A stretch of 62,245 nt of DNA from contig CAYSGV010000001.1 of NCBI GenBank assembly GCA_964430685.1, positions 1-62,245 on the forward strand, written 5' to 3'. Positions 37,181 to 45,634 of this stretch are shown in pieces; the first letter of the stretch is position 1, and every line of letters begins with the position of its first letter. Under the pieces are notes generated by a model. It was not told the DNA's origin, ran no database searches, and saw only the letters and a list, made by a program, of their open reading frames with translations. This DNA is from an uncultured Gammaproteobacteria bacterium (GTDB taxonomy: Bacteria > Pseudomonadota > Gammaproteobacteria > CAYSGV01). The translations under genes and the position numbers were made by a program.

Positions 37181-37207
37181 GCTAAAGATTCAAGATGAAT
37201 CTTTAGC
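37181..37207. promoter_or_regulatory. palindrome GCTAAAGATTC-N5-GAATCTTTAGC
   Basis: 11-bp perfect arms sharing the GCTAAAGAT/ATCTTTAGC core with 36399-36428. Lies 54 nt upstream of the 37261 ORF. Confidence 0.5.
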
Positions 37208-37260
37208 TGGACTCATTTTGTCTCTCTCTTATAACTAAATTTAACAACGGTGAATTTCCC

Positions 37261-37752
37261 TTGACCACGAACAATACGAAGCACAATGCCTCCGTAAAAG
37301 GAAGCATTGTTCAAAAATTGATTAACATAAAACCCAATACGGATAAGTATTTATTAAAATGCCTTAAAATCGGTATATTTGCTAGGATATTACGCCTTCC
37401 TTCTAACCTCGAGGTTCTGAGAATCTTACATCCACTGGATGCGTGTCTGATTGGTAAAGCCTATGCACAATTTATCAACACAAATAAAGAACCCGAGCTA
37501 ACGCAGGAATACTTACGGCACAAATCTCCTAAGCCAGAAAAAGTACTAGCAAATTATAAACTTTGGTATCGAGATAGACAGGGTAATATTTGTTTCTTTA
37601 ATCAGTCTACTGGTGAAGCATTTCTTATGGATCCAGTTAAAATTACGCAAACAGAAAAGTTTATTTACAATTTTGATGCTGCTGATGCATTTTATATAGG
37701 ATTATATGCTGAGCTTAAAGTGAAACAAAAAACAGTAAAAACAACAAAATAA
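37261..37752 (+). CDS. hypothetical protein, paralogue of 39065-39640
   Basis: DKYLLKCLK...ILHPLDACLIGKAYAQF...YRDRQGNICFFNQSTGEAFLMDP...FDAADAFYIGLYAELKVK aligns with the 39065 product. Only a TTG start without a convincing SD, so it may be decaying. Confidence 0.45.
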   Translation: MTTNNTKHNASVKGSIVQKLINIKPNTDKYLLKCLKIGIFARILRLPSNLEVLRILHPLDACLIGKAYAQFINTNKEPELTQEYLRHKSPKPEKVLANYKLWYRDRQGNICFFNQSTGEAFLMDPVKITQTEKFIYNFDAADAFYIGLYAELKVKQKTVKTTK

Positions 37753-37790
37753 CAAGCTTTGTAAATTACTAAGTTATCTAATTATCTTTG

Positions 37791-38330
37791 TTAAAGCCGT
37801 GGTTTGGGAACTGTTGATACTTGTGTTGGAATGGATGCTGAAGTATTTTCTTGTTCCTTCAATAAAAGATTAACTAAGATATTCTTAAGTAGTTTAAAGC
37901 TTAAGTGATAAACCCCTGGGCTTTGCGATTCTCGTGGGCCTGCTACATTAAGAATTTCAATCTTATTTTGCTTTATCCACTTTATAACCATATCTATATC
38001 TAAATTTTGAGACAAATCTATTAGTAGATAAGGCTTTTTTTTCTCTTGTACTTCTTGAATAGTAAGGACGGTGCCGTCAGTAACCTTGAGCGGTAAAGAA
38101 GGTACAAAAATTAATGTGCCATCCGAATCTCTAATATTAAGTTTTGTTCTTTCACTATATTCACTCGTTGTAGTCTCTTTCAACTGATATTTTAGGGGAA
38201 TAGCCTGACCTAGCTCGGCTAATCGTCCCTTGGGGCACCAGCCACCATGAGGAATATTCAGCTCAATTGCAACGTCTAATGCAGCACGATCAGAGCCCGT
38301 TTGTCCACCCGAAACGATTATTTTAATCAT
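37791..38330 (-). CDS. SLOG-superfamily protein ('putative molybdenum carrier' / circularly permuted YpsA type)
   Basis: N-terminus MIKIIVSGGQTGSDRAALDVAIELNIPHGGWCPKGRLAE matches the GGQTG.DRAA...GGW.P.GR..E signature. Overlaps the yhhQ 3' end by 8 nt. Confidence 0.7.
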   Translation of the reverse strand: MIKIIVSGGQTGSDRAALDVAIELNIPHGGWCPKGRLAELGQAIPLKYQLKETTTSEYSERTKLNIRDSDGTLIFVPSLPLKVTDGTVLTIQEVQEKKKPYLLIDLSQNLDIDMVIKWIKQNKIEILNVAGPRESQSPGVYHLSFKLLKNILVNLLLKEQENTSASIPTQVSTVPKPRL

Positions 38331-39063
38331 ATTGGTTTCCTCGATTTAGTTTAAGATATTTAAAAGGGGTATATTGCATTGAAAAATCATATACATCTAT
38401 GGAGGTTGATTTTTTAATGTAATTAACTAAAAGCGTTGCTGGAGCTGCGAAGATAATAGAGTATGAAATTTTAATTAGAAAACTCAAGCAAATCACTTTA
38501 AACATATTTTCTAGAGGTATTGAATATAGCTCCATCATTACGATAGCGATAAATGAATAGAGTGCCTCGGAAAAAGTTGATGCACCAAGAGATCTTAACC
38601 AAAAATATCGTCCTTTTAGCAAGATCTTCCATTTTGAGATTATACGTGCATTGATTAGATTTGCTAAAATGTAAGCAGCGAAGGAGCTGATGTCAATGCG
38701 TACAAGAGACTGGCCTAAAACATAGGTATAGGCTTCATTGGCACTAAAAAATGTAGGGTAGGGCGCCGCCATAACAATTTGGCAAATGATAACAAATAAG
38801 GTTAGTGATGCGAAACCATACCATATAATGTTTTTTGCGATTTTGTAGCCATAAATTTCAGCGATGATATCGCCTAAGATAAAGAAAAACGGCGAAGTGA
38901 ATGATCCTCCTAGGACGAAATAATCATTCGTGCCAATGTATCGGTTCGTTAATATTGCATTACATAACATTATGCTCATATACAACATGGTTATTAGAGC
39001 AAGAAATTTGTAACCTGCTAGATCAGTTTCTGAGTATTTTGTATTCATATGCTTTAAGTCCAT
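38323..39063 (-). CDS. yhhQ: VUT-family queuosine-precursor transporter (YhhQ/DUF165)
   Basis: Polytopic membrane protein with ...SFTSPFFFILGDIIAEIYGYKIAKN... and a length and TM layout typical of YhhQ. Confidence 0.7.
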   Translation of the reverse strand: MDLKHMNTKYSETDLAGYKFLALITMLYMSIMLCNAILTNRYIGTNDYFVLGGSFTSPFFFILGDIIAEIYGYKIAKNIIWYGFASLTLFVIICQIVMAAPYPTFFSANEAYTYVLGQSLVRIDISSFAAYILANLINARIISKWKILLKGRYFWLRSLGASTFSEALYSFIAIVMMELYSIPLENMFKVICLSFLIKISYSIIFAAPATLLVNYIKKSTSIDVYDFSMQYTPFKYLKLNRGNQYD

Positions 39064-39064
39064 T

Positions 39065-39640
39065 TTATTTTATTACTCTAAGGTGTGAAGGTTTCGCTTC
39101 ATTTGAAATTTTGGCGCTTGTTGTAGGATTTTCTAATTTTAAGCCTGTAAGTAAACCAATATAAAACGTCTGTGCTGCGTCAAATTCTTGAATGGTTTCT
39201 TTTGAAAGTGCGATGTCTCTGGGGTCCATCCAAAATTCTTCTTTAGTCTTTTTATCAGCAAAGCAAATGTTACCTTTACGGTCTTGATAACAAATAGTGT
39301 AACGTCCGTACCGATTTGTTACGTATTTTTCATGTTTATTTTCAGGTAAATTCGCTAAACCCATTGATGGGGTTCTATTTTTGAATACTTTGGCATATTC
39401 TATACCAACGTAGCAAGCTTGTATGGGATGAAGAAAATGCAATATATCTAGATCTAAAACAAGTTCTTCTATTTTTATATGAAAAATTGCGTTGGTATTG
39501 ATACATTGAAGTATATATTTATCATCGTTTGGCGTTGAATCTACTATTTTGTAATAGATATAATTATATTTTTTATCGACAAAGGTATTCGGATATTTGG
39601 GTTGAAGAAAGTTTAATATTACTGCAGTAAGTAATCCCAT
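39065..39640 (-). CDS. hypothetical protein, paralogue of 37261-37752 (possibly LvrA-like; not verifiable here)
   Basis: ATG 39640 has GGAGG 10 nt upstream and avoids the 83-nt overlap with the repressor gene that the track start 39760 implies. The stop lies 1 nt before the yhhQ start. Confidence 0.55.
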   Translation of the reverse strand: MGLLTAVILNFLQPKYPNTFVDKKYNYIYYKIVDSTPNDDKYILQCINTNAIFHIKIEELVLDLDILHFLHPIQACYVGIEYAKVFKNRTPSMGLANLPENKHEKYVTNRYGRYTICYQDRKGNICFADKKTKEEFWMDPRDIALSKETIQEFDAAQTFYIGLLTGLKLENPTTSAKISNEAKPSHLRVIK

Positions 39641-39677
39641 ATATGAGATACCTCCGTGTAACAATAAATAGTTATAG

Positions 39678-40361
39678 CTAGGAAATTTTTCTATTATATA
39701 ACATTTGTAGTACAACAACTCCAATAATTTTATAATCTTCTTTTCGGAATTGAATGACACTTGAACCTGGAACTACTGGGTGTAAATGCCACTGTGGCGG
39801 ATCGATAACGAGTTCTCGAATCGTGAGTTCATTATTTTTGTTTATTCGTACAAGGACAATATCCCCATCAGTGGGAGCGATATTTGGTGTAATAATAAAA
39901 ATAGTGCCTATAGGAAACCGTGGATACATTGAAGGGCGGCTTTCAATGGCGAAAGTGTTTTCATTGATAAGTTCTTGTTTACCCAATGCAATAGGTTGCC
40001 ATTCTGGCCAATTACTTAAATCAATATCTTGAAGTGAGGTATTTATTTTTTCTGCTGTTTCCCAATCTAATTTTGGTACAAATTGGGGTTTATTTTTATC
40101 TATCATTCCCATATGTGCCTTGTTGTTGCTTTCGATTAAGTCGTCAACTGTCACGTTGAAGTGTTTTGCTATAAGTTTTAGGGTGGAGATTCTAGGATCC
40201 GTTGTTTCTTCAGAAATTAATCTGCGTATGGTTAGCACGGGAAGTCTTAGCGACTGCGCAAGTTCATTATCCGTCATCTTATGCTTTTTAAGTAAAGAAA
40301 GCAGATTTTCCGATAGCTTTTGTGATTCGTCTGGACTGATTTTAAGAACTTTTATATTCAC
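39678..40361 (-). CDS. CI/LexA-like repressor (XRE HTH + S24 peptidase-like C-terminal domain)
   Basis: N-terminus MTDNELAQSLRLPVLTIRRLISEE...TLKLIAKHFNVTVDDLI (HTH_XRE). C-terminus ...ESRPSMYPRFPIGTIFIITP...DGDIVLVRI...ELTIRELV (S24-like). Divergent from trbB. Confidence 0.8.
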   Translation of the reverse strand: MNIKVLKISPDESQKLSENLLSLLKKHKMTDNELAQSLRLPVLTIRRLISEETTDPRISTLKLIAKHFNVTVDDLIESNNKAHMGMIDKNKPQFVPKLDWETAEKINTSLQDIDLSNWPEWQPIALGKQELINENTFAIESRPSMYPRFPIGTIFIITPNIAPTDGDIVLVRINKNNELTIRELVIDPPQWHLHPVVPGSSVIQFRKEDYKIIGVVVLQMLYNRKIS

Positions 40362-40444
40362 TATAAGCTCCGGTAGCTAAACCTCTGAGAAACAAAATAG
40401 CACAAATGTTAATTTTATGGAAATAAAGCTTATAAAAACAACGA

Positions 40445-40483
40445 TTAACTAACATTATTGTTACATTAGCTAACAATGTTGTT
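40445..40483. promoter_or_regulatory. two direct 18-bp operator-like repeats (TTAACTAACATTATTGTT / TTAGCTAACAATGTTGTT)
   Basis: 15 of 18 positions identical, starts 21 bp apart (40445 and 40466). The second repeat overlaps the -35 of the predicted trb promoter. Confidence 0.55.
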
Positions 40484-40509
40484 GACTAATCGTACAAATT
40501 TGTTAATAT
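40482..40509 (+). promoter_or_regulatory. predicted sigma70-type promoter of the trb operon
   Basis: TTGACT (40482-40487), 16 nt spacer, TAATAT (40504-40509), about 50 nt upstream of the trbB ATG. Confidence 0.5.
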
Positions 40510-40559
40510 GAGCTTAGTCATCTTTACTTAATCACATAGAACTAAATGGAATTAGGTTT

Positions 40560-41531
40560 ATGCAGCAACTTAGGATAGGTATTAGTCAGCAGCGGCTTTA
40601 TGAAAAGCTGCATTGTGATATAGGTGATGATATTCGGCATTTTCTTCAGGATGAAGCAACCACTGAAATTATGGCCAATCCGAATGGCTCATTATGGATT
40701 GATCAAAAAGAACTTGGCCAGAGTCAAATTGGCGAAATCCCTTCGCAACGTGTACAGCTCATCATTCGTACCGTTGCAGGAATTAATGGGCAAGTCATTT
40801 CAGAAGTACATCCTCACCTGGAAACCAAATTTCCGTTGCATCGTTGCATGAAAGGAGAGCGCTTTACAGCACAAATTCCACCACTCGTTTCTGCACCGTG
40901 TTTTTCTATTCGTAAACGCACTAACTCAGTTTTAACTTTGATGGATTATTTGAGCAGTAATCAACTCAGTAAAGATCAATATTTCGTATTACAGCAATTA
41001 ATTGAAGAACGCCAAAATATCTTGGTTTGCGGTGGCCCTGGTTCAGGGAAAACAACCATAACCAGTGCACTGCTGCAAGAAAGTATTGCCCGCAATAGCA
41101 AGCAACGATTCATCATTTTAGAAGACACGCCCGAACTTTTTTGTCAGGCGGAAAACACGGTGCCTTTATTGACCAACAAGCAGATGAATATGTGTGCACT
41201 AGTCAGTGCTGCTATGCGCATTCGACCAGACCGTATTTTGGTAGGTGAGGTACGGGGTGCGGAAGCGCTTGATTTAATGAAAGCATGGAATACAGGTTGT
41301 CCAGGCGGATTGGCCACCATTCATGCCAACGATGCACCTAGTGCCATTCAACGGGTATTAGATTGTGCCATGGAATCTGGTTTGTCCGAGCCACCCATCT
41401 CCTTAGTTACCCATACGATTAATGCAGTCGTTTTTGTTAAAAGAGAACAGAACAAATCAGGATATGTTCAAGAAATAATAGCAGTAAAAGGATTTCAGGA
41501 TGGAAGGTTCAAGTTGGAGCAACTGGCGTAA
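40560..41531 (+). CDS. trbB: TrbB (VirB11-family T4SS ATPase)
   Basis: Walker A LVCGGPGSGKTT, FIILEDTPEL, RIRPDRILVGEVRGAEA, GGLATIHAN. Confidence 0.9.
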   Translation: MQQLRIGISQQRLYEKLHCDIGDDIRHFLQDEATTEIMANPNGSLWIDQKELGQSQIGEIPSQRVQLIIRTVAGINGQVISEVHPHLETKFPLHRCMKGERFTAQIPPLVSAPCFSIRKRTNSVLTLMDYLSSNQLSKDQYFVLQQLIEERQNILVCGGPGSGKTTITSALLQESIARNSKQRFIILEDTPELFCQAENTVPLLTNKQMNMCALVSAAMRIRPDRILVGEVRGAEALDLMKAWNTGCPGGLATIHANDAPSAIQRVLDCAMESGLSEPPISLVTHTINAVVFVKREQNKSGYVQEIIAVKGFQDGRFKLEQLA

Positions 41532-41817
41532 CGTTTTTATTTGTGCTGGGCTCTTATGTTTTCTGTGTGTTGGGGAAGCTTATGCATTCGGTGGCAGCTT
41601 ACCATTTAACAGCACCATTGATAATTTTAAGCAACATTTTATGTCATGGGTTTTTGTTGCACTCATTATCTTATGGATAGCCACTTGTTTGATGCTTGCT
41701 TTTGGTGATTGGGGAGAAGGAATGAAACGTATTTTAAATATTTTATTTTGGGCCTCACTCGCACTAGGTGGCCCAACGGCAATTACGATGTTATTTCCAA
41801 GTGCCGGATCATTTTAG
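41500..41817 (+). CDS. trbC: TrbC (VirB2-type pilin precursor)
   Basis: Signal-like N-terminus ending AYA, then two hydrophobic helices. Size and position between trbB and trbD fit. Overlaps trbB by 32 nt. Confidence 0.7.
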   Translation: MEGSSWSNWRNVFICAGLLCFLCVGEAYAFGGSLPFNSTIDNFKQHFMSWVFVALIILWIATCLMLAFGDWGEGMKRILNILFWASLALGGPTAITMLFPSAGSF

Positions 41818-41826
41818 GGATTAGTC

Positions 41827-42165
41827 ATGATAGGCACACCAGTACAATATTTTGAAGCATTAAACCGACCGATGTTATTACTCGGCGTCGACAGACAGTT
41901 ATTATTAATTCTTGTCGGTCTAACGGTGCCAATTGCATTTTCGGCAAGTTTCAATTGGTTGATGGATATTATTGCTGGGTGTTTATTACTTGTTGGTTAT
42001 GCATTCGGATTAATCCTAAGCCGCATTGATAAACAACTGATTGAACTATATCGGCGGCATATACGTTTTCATCATTATTACCATGCTTTGCCTGGCGCCC
42101 TGGCTTCAATACCCATACTTCGCGTCAGTGTACCTATTTACCAAGGTAAGAGGGGATTGGTTTAA
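41827..42165 (+). CDS. trbD: TrbD (VirB3-like)
   Basis: 112 aa with ...LNRPMLLLGVDRQL... and two TM segments. Stop overlaps the trbE start. Confidence 0.75.
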   Translation: MIGTPVQYFEALNRPMLLLGVDRQLLLILVGLTVPIAFSASFNWLMDIIAGCLLLVGYAFGLILSRIDKQLIELYRRHIRFHHYYHALPGALASIPILRVSVPIYQGKRGLV

Positions 42166-44624
42166 TGAAATTGAATTCTGCCAATCATCAACCTGGGTTT
42201 TCAGATTTATTGCAATTTGCCTATTTAGTTGAGGATGGGATAGTACTCAATAAGGATGGCGCTTTGCTCACAACTATTCAATTTCAGGGAAAAGATCTAA
42301 GCTTTGGGACCACAAACGAACTCGACCAACGTACCACGATATTTAATCGAATGTTAAATTTTCTAACGGACGGCTGGATGCTGCATATTGATAACATTCG
42401 AATACCCAGTATTGATTACCCCACTACTGCTTATTTTCCTTGTCCAGTTGCAAGACTTATTGATGATGAACGACGGGTACATTATGAAAAAGAAGGTAGT
42501 CATTTTGAAAATATACAATTTTTAACTTTTGTATGGAAATTTCCATTACCGGTCGTTCGATTAAAGCAACAATGGTTTGTTAGTGGATTACCAGAACAAG
42601 AAGAAAAAAATATCAAGCAATATATAGAGTATTTTAAAACCACGGTAACACGTTGTATCGATTTATTGAATACCCATTTTGAATTAAAGCAATTAAATTC
42701 AGTAGATATACTTACTTTTTTGAATACCTGTATTAGTGGTCAATTGTTACCGATTACACTGCCGGATGGCGACTGCTCGATTGATATTTTGCTTGCAAGG
42801 CATGAAGTATTAGGAGGTTATGTACCTAAAGTTGGCTTGAATCACCTATATGCGATTTCGTTATTAGGCTATCTATATCATGAGACTGTTCCAGGATTAT
42901 TAGACCATTTAACAACGTATTCTTGTCCATATCGATGGAGCAACCGGTTTATTGTTTTAAGTGAAGAAACAGCATACCGTGAAATTAAGCGATATTCACG
43001 TCATTGGCATAATCAAGTCAAAGGGATAAAGGGAATGATCAAAGAAGCATTTCTTGATCAGCCGTCTAATCATTTGAATCAAGCAGCAGCACTGCTCGCT
43101 GAGCAAGCAGATGCAGCAGGAACGATGAATGCTTCACAACTTACTCGCTTTGGTTATTGGTCTAGTACAATCGTTTTATTAGATGAAGATGTAAGTAAAT
43201 TAGAGGAATCATATGGTGTTTTTCGGCAATGGATTGAACGTGCCGGCTTTGCGTGTAAAAGAGAAGACATCAATGCCCTCGAAGCTTGGCTTGGTAGTAT
43301 TCCTGGACATGGATTTTATAACATACGTAGACAAATTATTAGTGGTTTAAATTTAGCACATGTTATTCCACTAAATTCAGTTTGGGTGGGGAGCCCGACT
43401 TCTAGTAATGCATCCTTATTACCCCATGGTTCACCACCCGTTTTTTATGCAGCAACGACTGGCCTTACACCGTTTCGTTTTCATTTAGATGTTGATGATG
43501 TGGGACATCAGTTGATTTTAGGTCCTACAGGTGCAGGAAAATCAACTTGGCTAGATTTATTGATTGCACAATTTTTGCGTTATCAAAACGCACAAATTTT
43601 TGTATTTGATAAAGACAAATCACATCTTGCCTTCACATTGGCATTGGGTGGCCAACATTATGATATTGGTAATTCTCAAACCCTGGCCTTTTGTCCATTG
43701 GCGGAGCTTGATACCGACAATAAACTGAGTCGAGCAGGTCAGTGGATAGAGTTGTTATTGGAATTACAAGGAGTGGTGGTTACAGCCAATAACCGACAAT
43801 TAATTCATGAAGCCTTACAATTATTATCGACATCAAATCCAGAGCATCGAAATTTATCCATATTCACAGGACTCATTCAAGACCAAACGATTCGGCAAGC
43901 GTTAAGGTATTATACGCAATCGGGTCAGAATCATTTATTGGATGCAACGGAGAATCGATTACAAGACGGCTATCTGCATACATTTGAGATGGGTGAGATT
44001 TTGAATCAAAAGCCAATTGTTTATTTGCCCGTATTACATTTTCTATTTAATTTCATTGAAAATAAGCTCGAAAGCCAAAATGGAAGTGCGCCAACACTCA
44101 TTATTCTTGAAGAAGCGTGGCTCTATTTACAACATGATTATTTTGCCCAAAAATTACGCGATTGGCTCAAAACACTACGGAAGAAAAACGCCAGGGTAAT
44201 TTTTGCAACCCAATCCTTAGCTGATTTGTATGATCCAACTACAAAAAGTTTAACCCCACTTACGGCTACACTTTTAGAATCCTGTCCTACTAAAAATTAC
44301 TTACCTAACCCTTCCATAGATAGTGAACTTAAGATTCTTTATCAAAATCTTGGTTTAACCGAGCGGCAAATTGATCTGATTAGTCAGATAGCTCAGCCCA
44401 AACGACATTATTATGTCGTTACACCACAGGGGCAGCGATTAATAGAGCTTGGGTTAGAACACACACCACTAGCGCGGACATTTTTAGGTCTATCGAAAGC
44501 AAATAGTAAACGCTTACAAACCCATATCGAAAATAATCCCAAAGATTGGTTACCACTTTGGGTAGAAGAACAACAATTGCAATTCCCTATGCGTGGAGAG
44601 GAGCATGTTTTATGCGACGCATAA
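42165..44624 (+). CDS. trbE: TrbE (VirB4 ATPase)
   Basis: 819 aa. Walker A LILGPTGAGKST and Walker B region LIILEEAW. Position is as expected for trbE. Confidence 0.9.
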   Translation: MKLNSANHQPGFSDLLQFAYLVEDGIVLNKDGALLTTIQFQGKDLSFGTTNELDQRTTIFNRMLNFLTDGWMLHIDNIRIPSIDYPTTAYFPCPVARLIDDERRVHYEKEGSHFENIQFLTFVWKFPLPVVRLKQQWFVSGLPEQEEKNIKQYIEYFKTTVTRCIDLLNTHFELKQLNSVDILTFLNTCISGQLLPITLPDGDCSIDILLARHEVLGGYVPKVGLNHLYAISLLGYLYHETVPGLLDHLTTYSCPYRWSNRFIVLSEETAYREIKRYSRHWHNQVKGIKGMIKEAFLDQPSNHLNQAAALLAEQADAAGTMNASQLTRFGYWSSTIVLLDEDVSKLEESYGVFRQWIERAGFACKREDINALEAWLGSIPGHGFYNIRRQIISGLNLAHVIPLNSVWVGSPTSSNASLLPHGSPPVFYAATTGLTPFRFHLDVDDVGHQLILGPTGAGKSTWLDLLIAQFLRYQNAQIFVFDKDKSHLAFTLALGGQHYDIGNSQTLAFCPLAELDTDNKLSRAGQWIELLLELQGVVVTANNRQLIHEALQLLSTSNPEHRNLSIFTGLIQDQTIRQALRYYTQSGQNHLLDATENRLQDGYLHTFEMGEILNQKPIVYLPVLHFLFNFIENKLESQNGSAPTLIILEEAWLYLQHDYFAQKLRDWLKTLRKKNARVIFATQSLADLYDPTTKSLTPLTATLLESCPTKNYLPNPSIDSELKILYQNLGLTERQIDLISQIAQPKRHYYVVTPQGQRLIELGLEHTPLARTFLGLSKANSKRLQTHIENNPKDWLPLWVEEQQLQFPMRGEEHVLCDA

Positions 44625-45304
44625 TTCTAATCTCTTTATTTTTATTGGTGAATACACAAGCACTGGCGATGACAGTTTTTGATCCAAATGTTTATCTTCA
44701 AGTATCAAAGCAACTCTTGCAATCCGAGCAGCAACTACGATTGCTGAAACAACAGCTGGATGCACTGAAACAACTCAATGGCTCTCAATATAAATGGAGC
44801 GATGCTAAACCTATCTTACAGCAACTACAAGGTACACTGGAGCAATCCGGTGGCCTTGCTTATACCTCTACAAAGCTGAATCAGGATTTCAAGGACCATT
44901 TTCCTGGATATGAAACGCCAAAAGATTATTCCAAACAATATCAAGACAATGTCAAAACCAGTTTGAATACGCTGCAAGGTGTCATGCTAGCGTCCCAACA
45001 ACAAAATCAAAATATGCTAGTTGAGGAACAAAATTTAAAAGCAGCACAAGCGCAGGTACAAAATGCTGTCGGTCCCACACAAGCGGTTCAAGCAGCATCA
45101 CAAATTACCTCGGCACAAATTACACAATTACAACTTTTGCGGCAAGCCATTTTGACACAAACGCAAGCGCAATCGGTTTACTATTCACAGCAATTACAAA
45201 AAGAAGCAGCAATTGATGCAAAAATAACAAAAACCATTCAAGCCGGACAAACAAAACCAAAACCGTTTGCAGCATTTACACATTTAGAAGTACCAACAGC
45301 ATAG
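44612..45304 (+). CDS. trbJ: TrbJ (VirB5-like, secreted coiled-coil protein)
   Basis: ATG 44612 gives the signal peptide MRRIILISLFLLVNTQALA and has GGAGAGGAG upstream. Gln-rich coiled coil. Overlaps the trbE end. Confidence 0.75.
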   Translation: MRRIILISLFLLVNTQALAMTVFDPNVYLQVSKQLLQSEQQLRLLKQQLDALKQLNGSQYKWSDAKPILQQLQGTLEQSGGLAYTSTKLNQDFKDHFPGYETPKDYSKQYQDNVKTSLNTLQGVMLASQQQNQNMLVEEQNLKAAQAQVQNAVGPTQAVQAASQITSAQITQLQLLRQAILTQTQAQSVYYSQQLQKEAAIDAKITKTIQAGQTKPKPFAAFTHLEVPTA

Positions 45305-45312
45305 GGGAGAGG

Positions 45313-45618
45313 ATGATGAGAAAATACCAAACTTTAATGATATTGATTTTTTTGCTGACGGGTTGTGAATTAACGCCAATGCAAAAACTAGAAAGTAACC
45401 AGCTATTCGATGATATGACACCAGCCTTCTGGCATGTGCAATATGAAAAAAATAAACCCCTTTATTTAGAAGCAAAGACATATTGTCATGAACATAAAGA
45501 AAAACCGAATTGTGCTGCGGTGAATGATGCAGTTTTCTGGATTAATGGCAAGGAAATTTCTGATAAACGTATAGAAGAACGCAAAAAGAAACCGCTGAAA
45601 GAGTTTATATTGTACTGA
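45313..45618 (+). CDS. small lipoprotein in the TrbK position (candidate entry-exclusion protein)
   Basis: Lipobox LLTGC after a signal peptide. Located between trbJ and trbL, where TrbK/TrbK-alt lies in P-type operons. Confidence 0.5.
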   Translation: MMRKYQTLMILIFLLTGCELTPMQKLESNQLFDDMTPAFWHVQYEKNKPLYLEAKTYCHEHKEKPNCAAVNDAVFWINGKEISDKRIEERKKKPLKEFILY

Positions 45619-45634
45619 GAGGAAATTCACTTAC

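Noticed and set aside
39641-39760. Track start 39760 for the 231-aa ORF
   Set aside because: It requires an 83-nt overlap with the repressor gene. The internal ATG 39640 has a GGAGG SD and matches the paralogue's length better.
38901-40380. Plus-strand ORFs 38901-39164, 39754-40032 and 40120-40380
   Set aside because: They are antisense to yhhQ, the paralogue gene and the repressor gene, all of which have better support.
40624-44199. Alternative-frame ORFs inside trbB, trbD/E and trbE (40624-40851, 42041-42232, 44017-44199)
   Set aside because: They are nested within T4SS genes that have clear motifs.
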